Positions 12,310 to 25,959 of a stretch of DNA of 64,000 nucleotides are shown piece after piece. Below the pieces are notes generated by a model that was not told the origin of the DNA, ran no database searches, and saw only the letters and a list, made by a program, of their open reading frames with translations. The stretch is from Eledone cirrhosa (Eukaryota): contig OZ024741.1 in NCBI GenBank assembly GCA_964016885.1, positions 233,058,001 to 233,122,000 of the forward strand, written 5' to 3'. A program made the translations under genes and the position numbers. Each line of letters opens with the position of its first letter. Position 1 is the stretch's first letter.

Positions 12310-13299
12310 TTGGAAATATACTCATACTCTAATCACCCCAGATCCGCTAAAAATATTATAGTGAATTCTGTACAGCAACGCATTTCTAGAACTTCAGCTA
12401 ATAGGAATATATTTGATGATAAAGCACAGTATTACAACGAAGCGTTAGGTAGAGCTGGATATAGAAATAAATACATTGATATTAATAATATAACAACTAA
12501 CCATAATCTTAACAATTTTAACAACTATAATAGAAAACCTTACAATAATTCGGAAAACAAAAAAAGAAATAAAACTAGGAATATATTATGGTTCGCTCCT
12601 CCTTTCTCATTAAATATTAAAACTCCTATTGCTAAACTATTCTTTAAAGCCCTTGACAAATGCTTCCCTAGAACACATAGATATTACTCAATATTTAATA
12701 GACATACTATAAAACTAACTTATTCATCCACCAAAAATTTAGCGCAGAATATTAATAGAATTAATAATAGAAATTTAAAACCTAACCAAAATACCACTAA
12801 TAACACCAGCAATATCCAATTTAGTAATAGAGCTCAATTTAATAATACAGCTCCTAGTGACTTAAATTTTAATAAATGTAACTGTAGATATAAATCTAAC
12901 TGTCCGTTAAATAACAATTGCTTAGCTAAAAATATAGTATATAATTGTAATGTAAAAACTAATTTAAATTCATTTAATTATGTAGGATCTACTTCCACAG
13001 ATTTTAAATCTCGCTTTAATAACCATAAAAGCTCTTTTACGCATTTAAACAAAAAATCATCAACTTCACTATCTAGCTTATTATGGGACCTTAAATTAAA
13101 GAACGTTAAATATTCGTTACTTTGGAATATTATTTCAAAAGCTACTCCATTTAACTCCTCTTCAGAAAATTGTGATCTTTGTATAGAGGAAATATTCTTT
13201 ATAGTAAAGAGCAAAAATTCCCTGAACGTAAGGAGCAATATTTTCAGTTGCTGCAAACATAGATTGAATTCAACGTTTAAATATAAATTTAAAATGTAA
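12310..13299 (+). CDS. Penelope-like (Naiad-type) RT-thumb/linker + GIY-YIG endonuclease, open 329-aa frame
   Basis: Motifs SNHP, WFAPPFS, IFNRHTIKLTYS, CNCR..CPL..CL..IVY..YVG.T..FKSR..NH, W.I..CDLC.EE, CKH. Confidence 0.85.
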   Translation: MEIYSYSNHPRSAKNIIVNSVQQRISRTSANRNIFDDKAQYYNEALGRAGYRNKYIDINNITTNHNLNNFNNYNRKPYNNSENKKRNKTRNILWFAPPFSLNIKTPIAKLFFKALDKCFPRTHRYYSIFNRHTIKLTYSSTKNLAQNINRINNRNLKPNQNTTNNTSNIQFSNRAQFNNTAPSDLNFNKCNCRYKSNCPLNNNCLAKNIVYNCNVKTNLNSFNYVGSTSTDFKSRFNNHKSSFTHLNKKSSTSLSSLLWDLKLKNVKYSLLWNIISKATPFNSSSENCDLCIEEIFFIVKSKNSLNVRSNIFSCCKHRLNSTFKYKFKM

Positions 13300-13801
13300 T
13301 ATATAACTCATTCTATTAAATATATTGAACCTATCGATAAATCATTAGATTCCTTCGTTTGACTGCTTAAAACTCTCATTATAAAAAAAAGAGAATTTTC
13401 CTAGAAAATTTTTCTAGATAAACATACTGAAAGCTCTTAAAAGGGGAAAATATTTTCTTTGAAAGTTTCTCCTATTTTGAAAGTTTCTCCGTTGAATTTG
13501 AAAGTTTCTCTTTCTCTTTCTCATATGGTTATAAAAATTAAGTTAAACATACTGAGAGTTAAATATTATATATAAAAAAAATTTAAATTCACTTTTATAC
13601 TGAATTTTTTAGACATATTCTTATTTTAAAATTATATCTTAAAATATTTTTTAATATTTTTAAAATTATATTGCTTTAAAGTTATATTGCTTAAAATTGT
13701 ATGAGTATATTTCCAAATCGTAATTCCTTTTAAAACTATAATTTATTTTTATTTTATTTTATATATTATGTACTTTAATTATACTATGTACTTTATATTT
13801 A

Positions 13802-13873
<72 letters not shown>

Positions 13874-14990
13874 ATGCATGTCTACCGGTATGTGTATGTG
13901 TGTGTATGTGTATCTATGTAGGGGTTGTGTATATGTATATATACATACAATTCGAATGCACTCTGTTATAAAGGATTTCTTACGGTTTATGATAAACAAA
14001 CTTATATAAGAACAGTCACAACTACATAACAGGTGGATTTATTAGATATAAAATTTATAAAATTTATAAAATTATAACTTACTATTATATAATATAAGGT
14101 TTGTGTAATCTTAAATTTCCTTTATTATCTTAACATTTATAACATTTAATATAAGTAAATAACTTAATTTCCTTCACGCTGTTTTGCTATTACATAGAAA
14201 TGATTTTTCTCCGAATTTTTTCCGATTTCTCCGAAAAATCTATAAATTTAGAAAAATTCCTATATCTTAAACATAAAAAGTCTTTTATTGTATGTATATA
14301 TATGTATGTGTATGTATATATATATGTATATATATATATGTATATGTATATATATATATGTGTGCGTATGTATATATATGAATATATTCTTTTAATAATA
14401 TATAGATTTTTTAATAATATATAGTTTTAATAATATATAGATTTTAATAATATATAGATCTCAATAATTTAATTGATAATTTAATTGATAAACTAAACAT
14501 TTAATCATATTTAAACACTGGTTAAAATTCTCCAGTTATTATTATTTATTTATTTTCTATTCACGCTTATTTACTCTTCCTAACTCATCCAATAAATATT
14601 TATTTTTTCACTTCATCTTAAAAGTTACGCTAATACAACAACCTATCACTTAGGGCTTTCTCTTTCTCTTCTCTTTCTCTTTCTCTTTCTCTTTTTCTCT
14701 TTTCTTTTTTTCTTCTCCTTCCTTCTCTTTCTCTTTCTCTTTTTCTTGTTTTCTTATTTTCCTCTTAGGGTTTGCTCTTTTTTTCTCTTTTTTCTCTCTC
14801 TTTCTTTTCTTTCCCTTTTTCCATACCCCAGCGGTTTATTTTAAATCTACTGTGATTTAAACATATCCGACACTAATTTGCATAATAGACTAAATAAATC
14901 TAATAACCCCACTATCCGGGAGCTTCCAACATAAATGGTCGCATTCTTTAAGGGTATGTCAATATTTATTTATAAAACTGATCTATATTA

Positions 14991-15055
14991 TATTTTATCT
15001 GATGAAAGCACACCATAATTTAACTTGGTGTCCTTGAAATATGTATAATGAAATA
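14991..15055 (+). ncRNA. Type I hammerhead ribozyme in Penelope 3' repeat
   Basis: UAUUUUAU-CUGAUGA-AAGCACACCA(loop)UGGUGUCCUU-GAAA-UAUGUA-UA^AUGAAAUA. Confidence 0.85.
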
Positions 15056-15589
15056 AATATGGTTTTATAAATATAGTTTCCATTTGTTAATATATCGTAT
15101 TTTTACTCCAATAATTTGTTGAGTGCTTTATATCAGTTATAAAAATATTTGCTTGTTGTATCCCAACAATTTAAATAGAACTTCTACATATATATATATA
15201 TATATTTATTTATTTATATGTACAACACCATCTCCCTTGGCTCTCCTCCTCCCTCTATCTATGTACTACGCCATCCCCACTGACACTCCCCCCTCTCTCT
15301 ATATATACACACACATGTGTATATATATATATGTGTGTATATATATATATATATGTATGTGTATATATGTATGTGTGTGTATGTGTATATATGTTAGTGT
15401 GTATATACGTATGTGTATGTATACAACGTTTTTGTCAGACTAAGTGTGTCTAGGGATGTATCTCCTCATTGTATTTGACACCACCAACACACCCACCACA
15501 CCACCATAAACACCATTACCATAAACAACAACACCACACACACACCACACACATTAATCAGCCACAAATACACGCCAATCTATCTACGA

Positions 15590-15977
15590 CAATCCAAACC
15601 CCCCCCCCGCACCACAGCCCAACTCAGCCTGCGACTATTACCACCATCTTATCATCCCATCCACCCCCACATACACTACAGGTGAAAGTCAATCCACCAC
15701 CCCCACACCACAGTCCATCCCAGCCAGCGACCGTCACCACCATCTTATCATCACATCCACCCCCACATATACTACAGGTGAAAGTCAATCCACCACCCCC
15801 ACACCACAGCCGATCCCAGCCAGCGACCGTCACCAACATCTTATCATCACATCCACCCCCACATACACTACAGGTGAAAGTCAATCCACCACCCCCACAC
15901 CACAGCCGATCCCAGCCAGCGACCGACACCAACATTTTATCATCACATCCACCCCCACATACACTACAGGTGAAAAC
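15590..15977. repeat. 90-bp tandem repeat, about 4 copies
   Basis: Recurring CATCCACCCCCACATACACTACAGGTGAAAGTCAATCC; gives a 30-aa periodicity in the ORF track. Confidence 0.9.
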
Positions 15978-16209
15978 ATCCCTAAGATCTATTCCACCAA
16001 TCAAAACAATTCATATTGACCAATATATGAACTTCTGACTTATAGCATGTATTCATTTTCTACTAGCATTTTAAAGTGTCCGTCGTGCTGCGGATTATAG
16101 AGTCGGGTAAGATCGATACAGATCGAACCTTGAGCTGATCAGTGGCGAAACGCGCGTCACCTACCAATAAATGTAATGAAGGAGTAACCAATCGTCCTTG
16201 TTATCTTTT

Positions 16210-16372
<163 letters not shown>

Positions 16373-16600
16373 ATATTATGGGGAATCAGAGTGATATGGG
16401 GTTTCCGGACATGTATTTTGGTGTGTTTCAGGTGATACTCTTTGATACAGCTGAAGTACTACTAAATTAATATTTTCATTACCGCTTAAATGTTTGGAAA
16501 GAAGAAATTGTTGTACTGTAACTATCAACGTATAGAATTTACCAACATACTGTTATACATTACTTTGTTTCTGGACTTAATATATCTTTATCTCTTACAG

Positions 16601-16669
16601 ATATCCTATCGTTATTGCTGGGAAGTTGCGAATTATTACTGCAATAGAGTACAATCTAAATCCTACTGA
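16601..16669 (+). CDS. PTP terminal exon (ISYRYCWEVANYYCNRVQSKSY*)
   Basis: cttacag acceptor, phase 0. Aligns with the QYxFCYxxAxxY motif. Ends in TGA with AATAAA just downstream. Confidence 0.7.
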   Translation: MSYRYCWEVANYYCNRVQSKSY

Positions 16670-16991
16670 TGGAATGAATAAATGTTAGGATTAAACTTTT
16701 TATAAATCCTCAATTTTTCTTCTACCCTGCTGTAATTCTAAACGTTTGTAGAATCTATCTATATGTCATAAATATTAAATATCTTTTCTCATATAGAAAT
16801 TGTTACTTATGACACTGCATGAATATAGTGCAGCTTTGTGAACTTAAAATCAGTTACTGCCATCTTGTCACTCACTGTAAACTATAAACGTCTCAACAAA
16901 AGTAAATGTGGAATCGTAACTTTAATTAGAGAGAACTTTCTTACTAAAAAAGTATATTTTTTTTATAAGAATTCAACAAATATTTAAAAAC

Positions 16992-17052
<61 letters not shown>

Positions 17053-17225
17053 CACACTCAAACATTTGATAGCCATCCATACGCGTGTTGTATGGCAACG
17101 AATACTTTTATGAACAATTATAAATAAACGAAATTCATAAAATAATAGCATCGTATAAATAAACATACATACACACATTCACATATATTTTATACATACA
17201 TGCACACACACACACACACACGCAC

Positions 17226-17277
<52 letters not shown>

Positions 17278-17465
17278 GTGTGTGTGTACGAAGATATGTA
17301 AGGTTAAAATGTGTTTGTGTGAACCAATGTGCAAACAAAGTGAACAAGGAAGATTGCTTACCAAAGTATTTTTCTCGACAAGGTCTTTCCAGGAGATACA
17401 GTAACAATTCAATTTCAGAGTTCAATGTATAGTATCCAAGTGGAAGATCACGGAGTAATTATCAA

Positions 17466-17875
17466 TTTAAAAGTGTAGTACTAGGAAAGATAAACGACTA
17501 GGTAAGAAGTAAAGCTTAGAGGAGAAAGATTTATTTAGAGTCCGTTATTTAAATTATGTTTCAGCACAATATCAGTTTTGGAGTCCTGATTGCATATTAT
17601 TATGCTCAATCATAAGCATTACATTAAATACTGCACATTTTATAATAAAATCCTTACTACAAGATGCAGCGACCCCACTTCGCACTATAAACTCTTTGTG
17701 ATGAAGTGCAGTATTTTATGTAATGCTTGCGATTGAGCATGATAATATGCAGTCAGCACACATAAACTGATATTGTACTGAAATATATGTTAAATAACGG
17801 ACTCTAAATAAATTGTTCTCCTCTGACCTTTACTTCTCGCTTAGTCGTTTGTTTTTCCTAGTACTATACCTTTAA

Positions 17876-17877
<2 letters not shown>
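17466..17877. repeat. Diverged inverted repeat with a degenerate long-stem-II hammerhead (17695-17794, +)
   Basis: Arms ~17466-17640 and ~17705-17877. Motif GUGAUGA-AGUGCAGUAU...AUAUUGUACU-GAAA-UAUAUG-UU^AAA. Confidence 0.75.
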
Positions 17878-17965
<88 letters not shown>

Positions 17966-18659
17966 TTAAATCTTCTTGTCTCTGATAAAACGAGTGTATA
18001 TTTTAATTCATGGAAAAATGAGAAGACACGTCGCTAGAACAGCTGTTATATCAGCTAATTGCTGTCAATGGAAACGATGATATAAACACAGAATTGATAC
18101 GGAGGGAGTCCATAATTCGGAACGATGGCTACAGCAGACAGCCTCCGGTGCCAAAAACTCGACAATGTGAGTTTGTGGGTCCGACCAAGGAGGTGGCGGT
18201 TTGCCTGACAGAGACCCATACCTGTCGTTGGCTGATATGAGACGCTATCATACGCAGCTAGTTATAAACTCACTTAAAACAATTTGTTTGATATTTTAAC
18301 AACGTCTGAGGCCAATACAATGGCTGCGATAGTAATGCTTGTCCCTGGTCGAAAGTCTGCGTAGCCTGACGGTGAATCTTTTAAAAGCTATACATGCTTG
18401 TATTATAAGGTGTTATAAAGAAAGTGGAGATTTCAATGATTACAAAATGGATTAATAAAACAATGATAAATAATTATGAAATAAGTAATTAGTTGAGAAG
18501 TAAATAATTAATTAAAAAATAAGTAATTGGTTATAAAACATATCCGGGTGTACATGTATGATTCTATATCAAGTTGACAGTGAAACAATTATTTGACGCG
18601 AACTTATCATGAGCTTGACGGATCCAGCGTTCTCCAATGCCCCATTACCCTCGATAGGA

Positions 18660-19150
18660 CGATTCTCCTATTTTCTATCTGTCTTCGCTCAGAAACCTCT
18701 ACATCCACCATTTTCTCCCTTCCCTTCTTCCAGCGTGCACGCAATCCCCAGAATCTCCTCGTCCGATTACCCCTTCTTTTGCCAATTATTCCCCGGATCC
18801 CACTCTTGCGCTCTGTCCAGCTGCAACACATGCCACTTCCAACCTCTCTGTGCCCAATGGCCAGTCCTTCTTAGTCAGAGAATCCTTCGTATGCACCTCC
18901 TCCAATCTTGTCTACGGGCTTCGTTGCACGCTATGCGAGGCCGTCTGTATTGGACAAACCGGTCATCGTAAAGCATCTCCGGGACATCTGACTCGACAAC
19001 CAATCTCCGTCTGCGCAACATTTCCGCTCCAGCGAACACATCACCCATCTTCTCACCGTTTTCGGCATCGTTGCTTGCTCCGGAACACCGGGCTGACGCC
19101 TGATAACAGAGCAGCAACTTATTTTTTTATCTATATTTAGCCTTTCCTAT
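18660..19150 (+). mobile_element. Penelope-like (Neptune-like) GIY-YIG fragment
   Basis: NLLVR..PGSHSC..SCNTC..FVCTSSNLVYGLRCTLCEAVCIGQTG across frameshifts. Confidence 0.75.
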
Positions 19151-20369
19151 CACCAACTTGCCAGCCACTCTTATACCAACACACCCACTCACAGTCAAAT
19201 ATGTAGATAGAACAATGTACAAAAAGACAAGATAAGTTGGTATGATTAGGAAGCCGTTAAAATGCAGATTGATTTTAAATTCTAAGGCAAACATTTCGGA
19301 AGAGAAGGCGAGGGCTCGAGTAGAACACAAATAGTGGTAGAAGGAAGAAAATAATAGGACGTTATTCACTGATTGTAAAACATTTGCAATTTATTATTTC
19401 CATGCACAATCCATTTTCAAAAGGTCAGGAGATGAAGACCTCGGAGAAATGGGACAGTGTCTTTCATGTTTGCTATTTTTTCCTCTTTTTAAATCCTTAT
19501 GCGACCAGGTGTCTGCGATGTGATAGTTTTCGTCTATGTATGAATGTGTGTTAATATATAAGGACGTGTGTGTGTGTGTGAAAATAAAGGTATACATATA
19601 TGTGTATATATGTATGTATATATATATATGAGTGTAAATATGTAAGTACACATGTATATGTGTATATATGTATATATATATGAGTGTAAATATGTAAGTA
19701 CATATGTATGTATTTAAGCTCGTGCCAGCAAACATGTGCATCGCATGTAATTGTATATTTAGTCTGGATGTCCATATCGGCCTAGATTAGCCACTGTGCT
19801 TCATTTATTTCTATTCTATTATTAACACATGACTTCAATTGCTTAATCAAGTATGCTTCCTGTTGGTAGGATTATGGTGGTTCTATTCTTATCATTGTCC
19901 TTGCATTTGAAGAGTTTGTAGGGTGTGTGGACTTTAAGTCTGATGTACCGTGGTCGAATATTGCTGCTGATGTAGAATTGACCCACATGTTACATTCTAA
20001 CCTTTACACCACGTAGTCGCGCAGGGGACAGTTACAGGTGAAAATGGGACTGTTGCTCAGAGAGCACGCTTTTTCTTCATTGATGTGTCATCTTTTTCAT
20101 AGGCATCTATATAAGGAAGATTTCGAGTTGGCCAGTTGGATGTAAATACTCTGCCTCCGTATAGCCCTGCGTATGGTGTTGGTTTTTATCTGTCTGCTGA
20201 GATGTGGGGTTCTAAGGAAGAAACGTTTGCTGAATTGTTCTGTGTTCTGGGTTAGGAGTTCGGCTGTGGTGTGGAAATATTGCTGAATTACCGTTGTTTT
20301 CCTGCAGGTGGGGAACTGTCTGGTGAGTCTGGCTCTACTTACATGCGGCGTCACTGCATCTGTTTTGTG

Positions 20370-20550
20370 GTGGATTGGCAGTATCGGTAGAGTGTCGGAC
20401 GCCATGCTTTCAAGCATAGTTACGTCCCTTTACGATCTGAGTTCAAATCCCGCCGAGGTTGACTTTGCCTTTCATCCTTACGGGGTCGATAAAATAAAGT
20501 ACCAGTAATGCACTGGGTAATTGCTGGCCTTGTGCCTAAAGTAGAAACAA
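20370..20550 (+). mobile_element. tRNA-derived SINE (octopus OK-like)
   Basis: B-box-like GAGTTCAAATCCC and body GACTTTGCCTTTCATCC..GTCGATAAAATAAAGTACCAG. Five near-full copies in the window. Confidence 0.85.
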
Positions 20551-21099
20551 GTATTAACGCTTTTAATGCTGTTGGAGTGGGAATATTTGTTATAGACTAA
20601 AATATCCTTCCGAGATTGAAGTAATCAGTGTTGATTTCACCAAGTAATCAGTGTTGATTTCACATTTCAAACTGTGCATTTTCTGTCGCTTCATTTGGAG
20701 ATAAATGTACCTTACCACCTGGCAGAAGCCCGCATTGCTTTCGTAATCAAGGTCAAATATATCACAATACCACACTTGGTAAACAGAAAAGGTAAACAGT
20801 AATAACAACACAATCGGTACAGTATATGGAAGGGATATATTAGTTTAACGCTTGATATAGCAGGAAGAGGGTCTTAACGTTCCGGACGCTGGTCCTTCAC
20901 AGGGTGAGTGTTTCGGCTAAATTTGATAGTTATTTTTTTTTTTTTTTTTAAGGTAAAAATGTGAATAGCTCTGCCAAAAATAAATTTATTGGAAAAATAG
21001 AAAGTGGTAAAAGGATTTTAACAATCAAAAGAGAAAATATTTATATCACAAATATATCACAGTACCACACTTCTGTACCTTGCAGAAAATACAACACAA

Positions 21100-24000
21100 T
21101 ATAGCAGCTATATATTATTGACACAAATGAAGCTGTAGAGCCGAGACTGGAAGCACCACAGAATAATGACTTCTCTTCATAAACAATGATTATGATAAAT
21201 TGAGTGTTGTTTGAATTTAATCCATATGTTGAAGTGTGCAAATCAATTCATGCCATAGAAAAACAAGAGAAAATCGTCCCAAGCAGGTCTGTGAATTAAC
21301 TTTTTCAAGAGGATCAGATTTACCAATTTACCAAAACAATAAAATAGCGTTGTTTTTGTGGACTTGGATGCTACACCACCTGTATACAAAGATATTATCA
21401 TATACCCTAAATACCATAGTACTCAGAAAATACTATATATTTCATGCCAGTTAGACACCATGTCCTACCCTTTATTGTTTGAACATGGTTAATTTGGGTG
21501 GCATAGTAGCATGCAGCGTGCAGAGGAAAGTAGGATCCGCGTCGGTAATAGACTGAACATGCAGGAGTATTACAGATATCATATAGCATGTAGAGGAGCA
21601 TTTAGTGTGATACATAGGGCAGGTAAATTATTTCAGCAGTGTGTAGTGGATGCCTATGAGAAAGTATAGAAATGCAGGCCCCAATACACAGGAACAATCA
21701 AGCCGAATTGCGAGTGGATGAGTACATGTGAAATGATGAAAGATATGAAACTACTAAGACGCATTCTTGTCATGACAGTAGATACTTGAGTTCCAAAAAA
21801 AGAGGATTTCCTCATTGCGATATGTTATTCATTGTAAGAAACGAAGACAAGAAACAGAGAAAATATTGACAGAATCGTATCAGCAGAAATAATTGCATTG
21901 GAAAACAATCAGGTAGTACCTACATGAGGATTTTAAAATGTTTGTGATCCATGAACCATGTGGTTCTGGAAACCATTTTCCCTAATGTAATCAAAATAGA
22001 TTTTGCCGAAAGAACTATTCAAAAACCTACAGAGAGGAAACATTATTGAACCTAAATGGATAGTCAGAAAGCAAGTGGGGCGAAACAGTGCAAATTGAAC
22101 GACATTAAGTAGATAACAAGAAACGTGAGCCATTTAATGCCTTTTTGCTTCAAACATTAATGTTGTAGTTTGCTCTACTGTAAAAAGCATCACGTACCTC
22201 TTGAAATATGATTACAAGGGACATTATTGTGAATCTATAGAAGTAACGAATAATGCATTACCTAATGTAATTAGACAACCATAATGTAATTAGAAACTAT
22301 CCTGGTTGCAAGTATGCGCCACCGCCAGAAGCAGTGTGGCATCTCTCTGAATTTAAGTTTCATGGTACATCGCATACAGTGTAGAGTCTAGCCATGCACC
22401 TGGAAATCAAATAGAGAGTTTACTTTCAAAGAGGCAATGTTCTGGTAGCGTTAGAAATGCAGGAACACCGAAATATGACCCCTACTTCCTGGGTCAAGCT
22501 AAATTAAGAAGACAAAAGTGCAAGCAAATACCTATATCCAAAAGTTCTAGAACCCGCAATGGTTGATGGCTACTTAGATCAAGAAATGGATGATCAGCAA
22601 GCTGAAAATATGGCACCTGGTTACATTAACGTAATATTAATTGACAATGGAACCAACTGCATATCGTACCTCAGCCCATTAAGATGCTTCAACTTGATCC
22701 CCAAGTTGACATCAATCACCCTGGTATTGATTCTCTTACTGAAGAACACAAAATGATTGTTGATGCTGTAATTGATGTTGTTCAACAGAGAAGAAAAGGT
22801 GATAAGCTTGCAAACACCTGCGTCTATGCAGAGGCACCTGGAGGGTATGGCAAAACATATTTGTTCAATAAACTGATTTTCACCTCCAGACGAATAACTG
22901 TCAGGTATGTTGCGGGGCTTGTAGCGGCATAGCATCTTCACCGCTGCTGGGAAGAGTTAGGACTGAGCACAATTTATTCAAACTACCTGTTCCTCTAACA
23001 GAGACTCGTGTCTGGTTCATCTGACCATGCCAATTCCCTACGGACCTGGATCTCATAATACTGTACGGGGCTCCTATGATTCCTTCATATGCAGTTCATG
23101 CCATTCATAAGTACATTCAAGACAACACTGGTGTCAATGAAGTGTTTGAAGGAAACGTTTTGCTTTTGGTAGATGACTTCAGGCAAATTCTGCCATTATT
23201 ACCAAGATTTAGGCGCGAAACCACATTAGAAATATGCCTTGAAAACTCCTATCTGTGGAACTTCTTTCAACATTTTAAATTAAGAAATATGAGAGTAAAA
23301 TAGCAGAGAGAGGTTGCGAAGTGGGAGTTACATCTTAGTAATGAAACAACTCCTCCAATTGAAGGAATAAATATGAATTAAGTAGATGTTGAAGTGCGTC
23401 AATTTCCATGTGTAAATGGCTTTTTATTGAAACACATTTTCAGTGATACAAGAGAAATGAATGCGAGTGATTTTTATCTCCGAAGAATCCTGATTGTCTA
23501 TTATCAATGAAGAGGTTCTCAGACAAATCCGTGGTAAGAAAGATACTTATTACAGTACAGATAGAGTGCTCTTTGATGAACTCACAGAGGCGGACAGATA
23601 TTCTACTGAATTTCTGAACTCGCTTACATTTTCCGGGATGCCGCCTCACAAACTCCAATTAAAAGCAGAATCTATAATAATACTTCTACGGAATATTTCA
23701 ATCCAGAACAGATTATGAAATGATACAAGATTAGAAATAGTGGGAATGCATCAACATTTTATCGAAGCTTCTCATATCAATGGTCCTTTGATGGGCAGTC
23801 GTGTTTTGACCCTAAGATTGAAGTTAGCCCCAAGTCATTCCAACATTTTTTTTACTTTCGAAATTACCCAGTTTCCATTAAGACTGTTGTATGTTATGAC
23901 AATCAATAAGAACCAGGATCAAACATACAATGAAGTGGGTCTGTTCTTTGTGAGCCAATATTTAGCCATGTCACTTTTTCAAGAATTTGCAGACAGTCAG

Positions 24001-24597
24001 ATGTAAAAATAAAATTATTGAACACTTTTAAGCAAGAGAGGCGAGGTAAAACAAATGTGACAACGAACATTGTACGCAAACAGCTATTAATATGATTCTA
24101 AGCCAAGTTGCAAGTTACAATAGAATTGAAATCAACCATATAAATAAAAGGTTTGTGTATATTCTCTATATCGTTTTGTATGTATATATAATTGTTTCTA
24201 CTTTTGGCACAAGGCCAGCAATTAACCAGTAGATTACTGGTACTTTATTTTATCGACCCCGTAAGGATGAAAGGCAAAGTTAACCTCGGCGGGATTTGAA
24301 CTCAGAATGGCAAGGGCCATAACTCTATACGTCAAAGCATGGCGTCCGACCCTCTACCGATACTGCCAAGAAAATATTGCGTAATGGGGAATATGCAATT
24401 ATATATTAATCTTGCAGTTTCAATAGAATTAAATACTAACGGATGATATGTGTATTAGTTATCGTATAGACTGTTATTGTAAATGTATGTATCATTTATT
24501 GCACAAGCGGCAATAAAAATAAGAAACGTCTTTTTTTTTTGTTCTTAAATAGTTCCTCTTAATGTTTTCGTCCGTGTTTTTTCCACGGGTCCGCTAG
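21100..24597 (+). mobile_element. Degenerate autonomous Helitron (Rep/Pif1-like helicase)
   Basis: Motifs APGGYGKTYLF, DDFRQILP, EFLNSL..GMPPHKL.LK..LLRN, QFPLRL..MTINK.Q.QT. 3' hairpin TCCGTG..CACGGG followed by CTAG|T at 24594-24597. Confidence 0.9.
24190..24368 (-). mobile_element. OK-like SINE inserted in the Helitron
   Basis: Reverse complement of the 20370 SINE family. Confidence 0.85.
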
Positions 24598-24826
24598 TAA
24601 ATAAATAATGCTAAACCTGTAAACGAAACCGTCTTGCAAAGAAATTCAAAAACGAAATAGAACATTAGTAATCAACTGGGGGTTACTAAAGCGGGAGCAT
24701 ACAACATCTAGGGACATTGAACGCCAACTATAATTCCGTTAACATCGTCATTATCAGGAACGCCTCATAAATAAGAAGCCTCATGTAATAAAAATCAGCT
24801 GCTTTTCCTCAGTTTCGATTGAAAGT

Positions 24827-24908
24827 ATGTTAACTCACCTTGCTATGCCTTCACTTTCCATTACTGGATTTATTATATTACTAACATGGCAGTTAACTTT
24901 AGCAAGAG
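24827..24908 (+). CDS. Gene 2 first coding exon, signal peptide (MLTHLAMPSLSITGFIILLTWQLTLAR-G)
   Basis: ATG, hydrophobic core, and an AG|gtaagt phase-1 donor compatible with the exon at 31872. Confidence 0.65.
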
Positions 24909-25331
24909 GTAAGTTAATCATTTATTTACTATTTTATTTGCATATTAAATGCTTTCTTTGACTGCCGGTCTTCAAATATTTTTGCCAGAATTTTCATAAG
25001 CTCAGTATGATGTGGAATTTACTTAATTTACTGAATTTACTGACAAATAAGATTATCATTTGTCAGTAAATTAATATCGTGAAATGGATTTCTAAAATAT
25101 TCATTACCTTTCAATTCTATAATTACAAACATATTGAGCTTAAATATGGCAATCTTAATTCTCTTTAGTTAGATTAATAGCTATGTGCAATATAATTTGA
25201 AGGTTAATGGAAAATAGATTTATATATATATATATTGTTTCTTCCATCATTCACTCTCATTCGGGAACAGTTTTGTATGGCGCCAGTTTGTGATTTGAAC
25301 TCGGGAATTTTATATTCCCCGAGCGAGAAAA

Positions 25332-25416
25332 GCCTTCTGACGAAAATCCCCTTTCTCAATGGAAATCCGCTTGGATTATATATTTATTTTGCAGTTTGAA
25401 ACCACGCAGTAAAGGC
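25332..25416 (+). ncRNA. Type I hammerhead ribozyme, long stem II region
   Basis: GCCUU-CUGACGA-AAAU...GUUU-GAAA-CCACGCAG-UA^AAGGC, inside a (TA)n-flanked segment. Confidence 0.7.
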
Positions 25417-25484
25417 ACATATAGTAAGTACAGTGAACTTTTTAAAATATATTTTAAAACTTTTTCTCTATTTGCTAGACCTTG

Positions 25485-25564
<80 letters not shown>

Positions 25565-25595
25565 TATACTATGTATATATATATATATATACATC

Positions 25596-25665
<70 letters not shown>

Positions 25666-25860
25666 GTACATAAATACATAAATATGTATGTGTATGTACG
25701 TATATATATATATATATCACCGTGATCACCTTGACCGACCAGTCTGTCGGGCGTCCATTCAGCGCCGCTGGTCACAGCACGCCGTCCATTCCTCTCTGGA
25801 TCGTGCTTTCCTCATCCATGTATTCCCAATCGTATTCTTAAAATCGTAACGATTTTAAGA

Positions 25861-25956
<96 letters not shown>

Positions 25957-25959
<3 letters not shown>

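Noticed and set aside
15590-15977. CRISPR-like array
   Set aside because: Contiguous tandem units with no unique spacers, eukaryotic context, and no cas genes.
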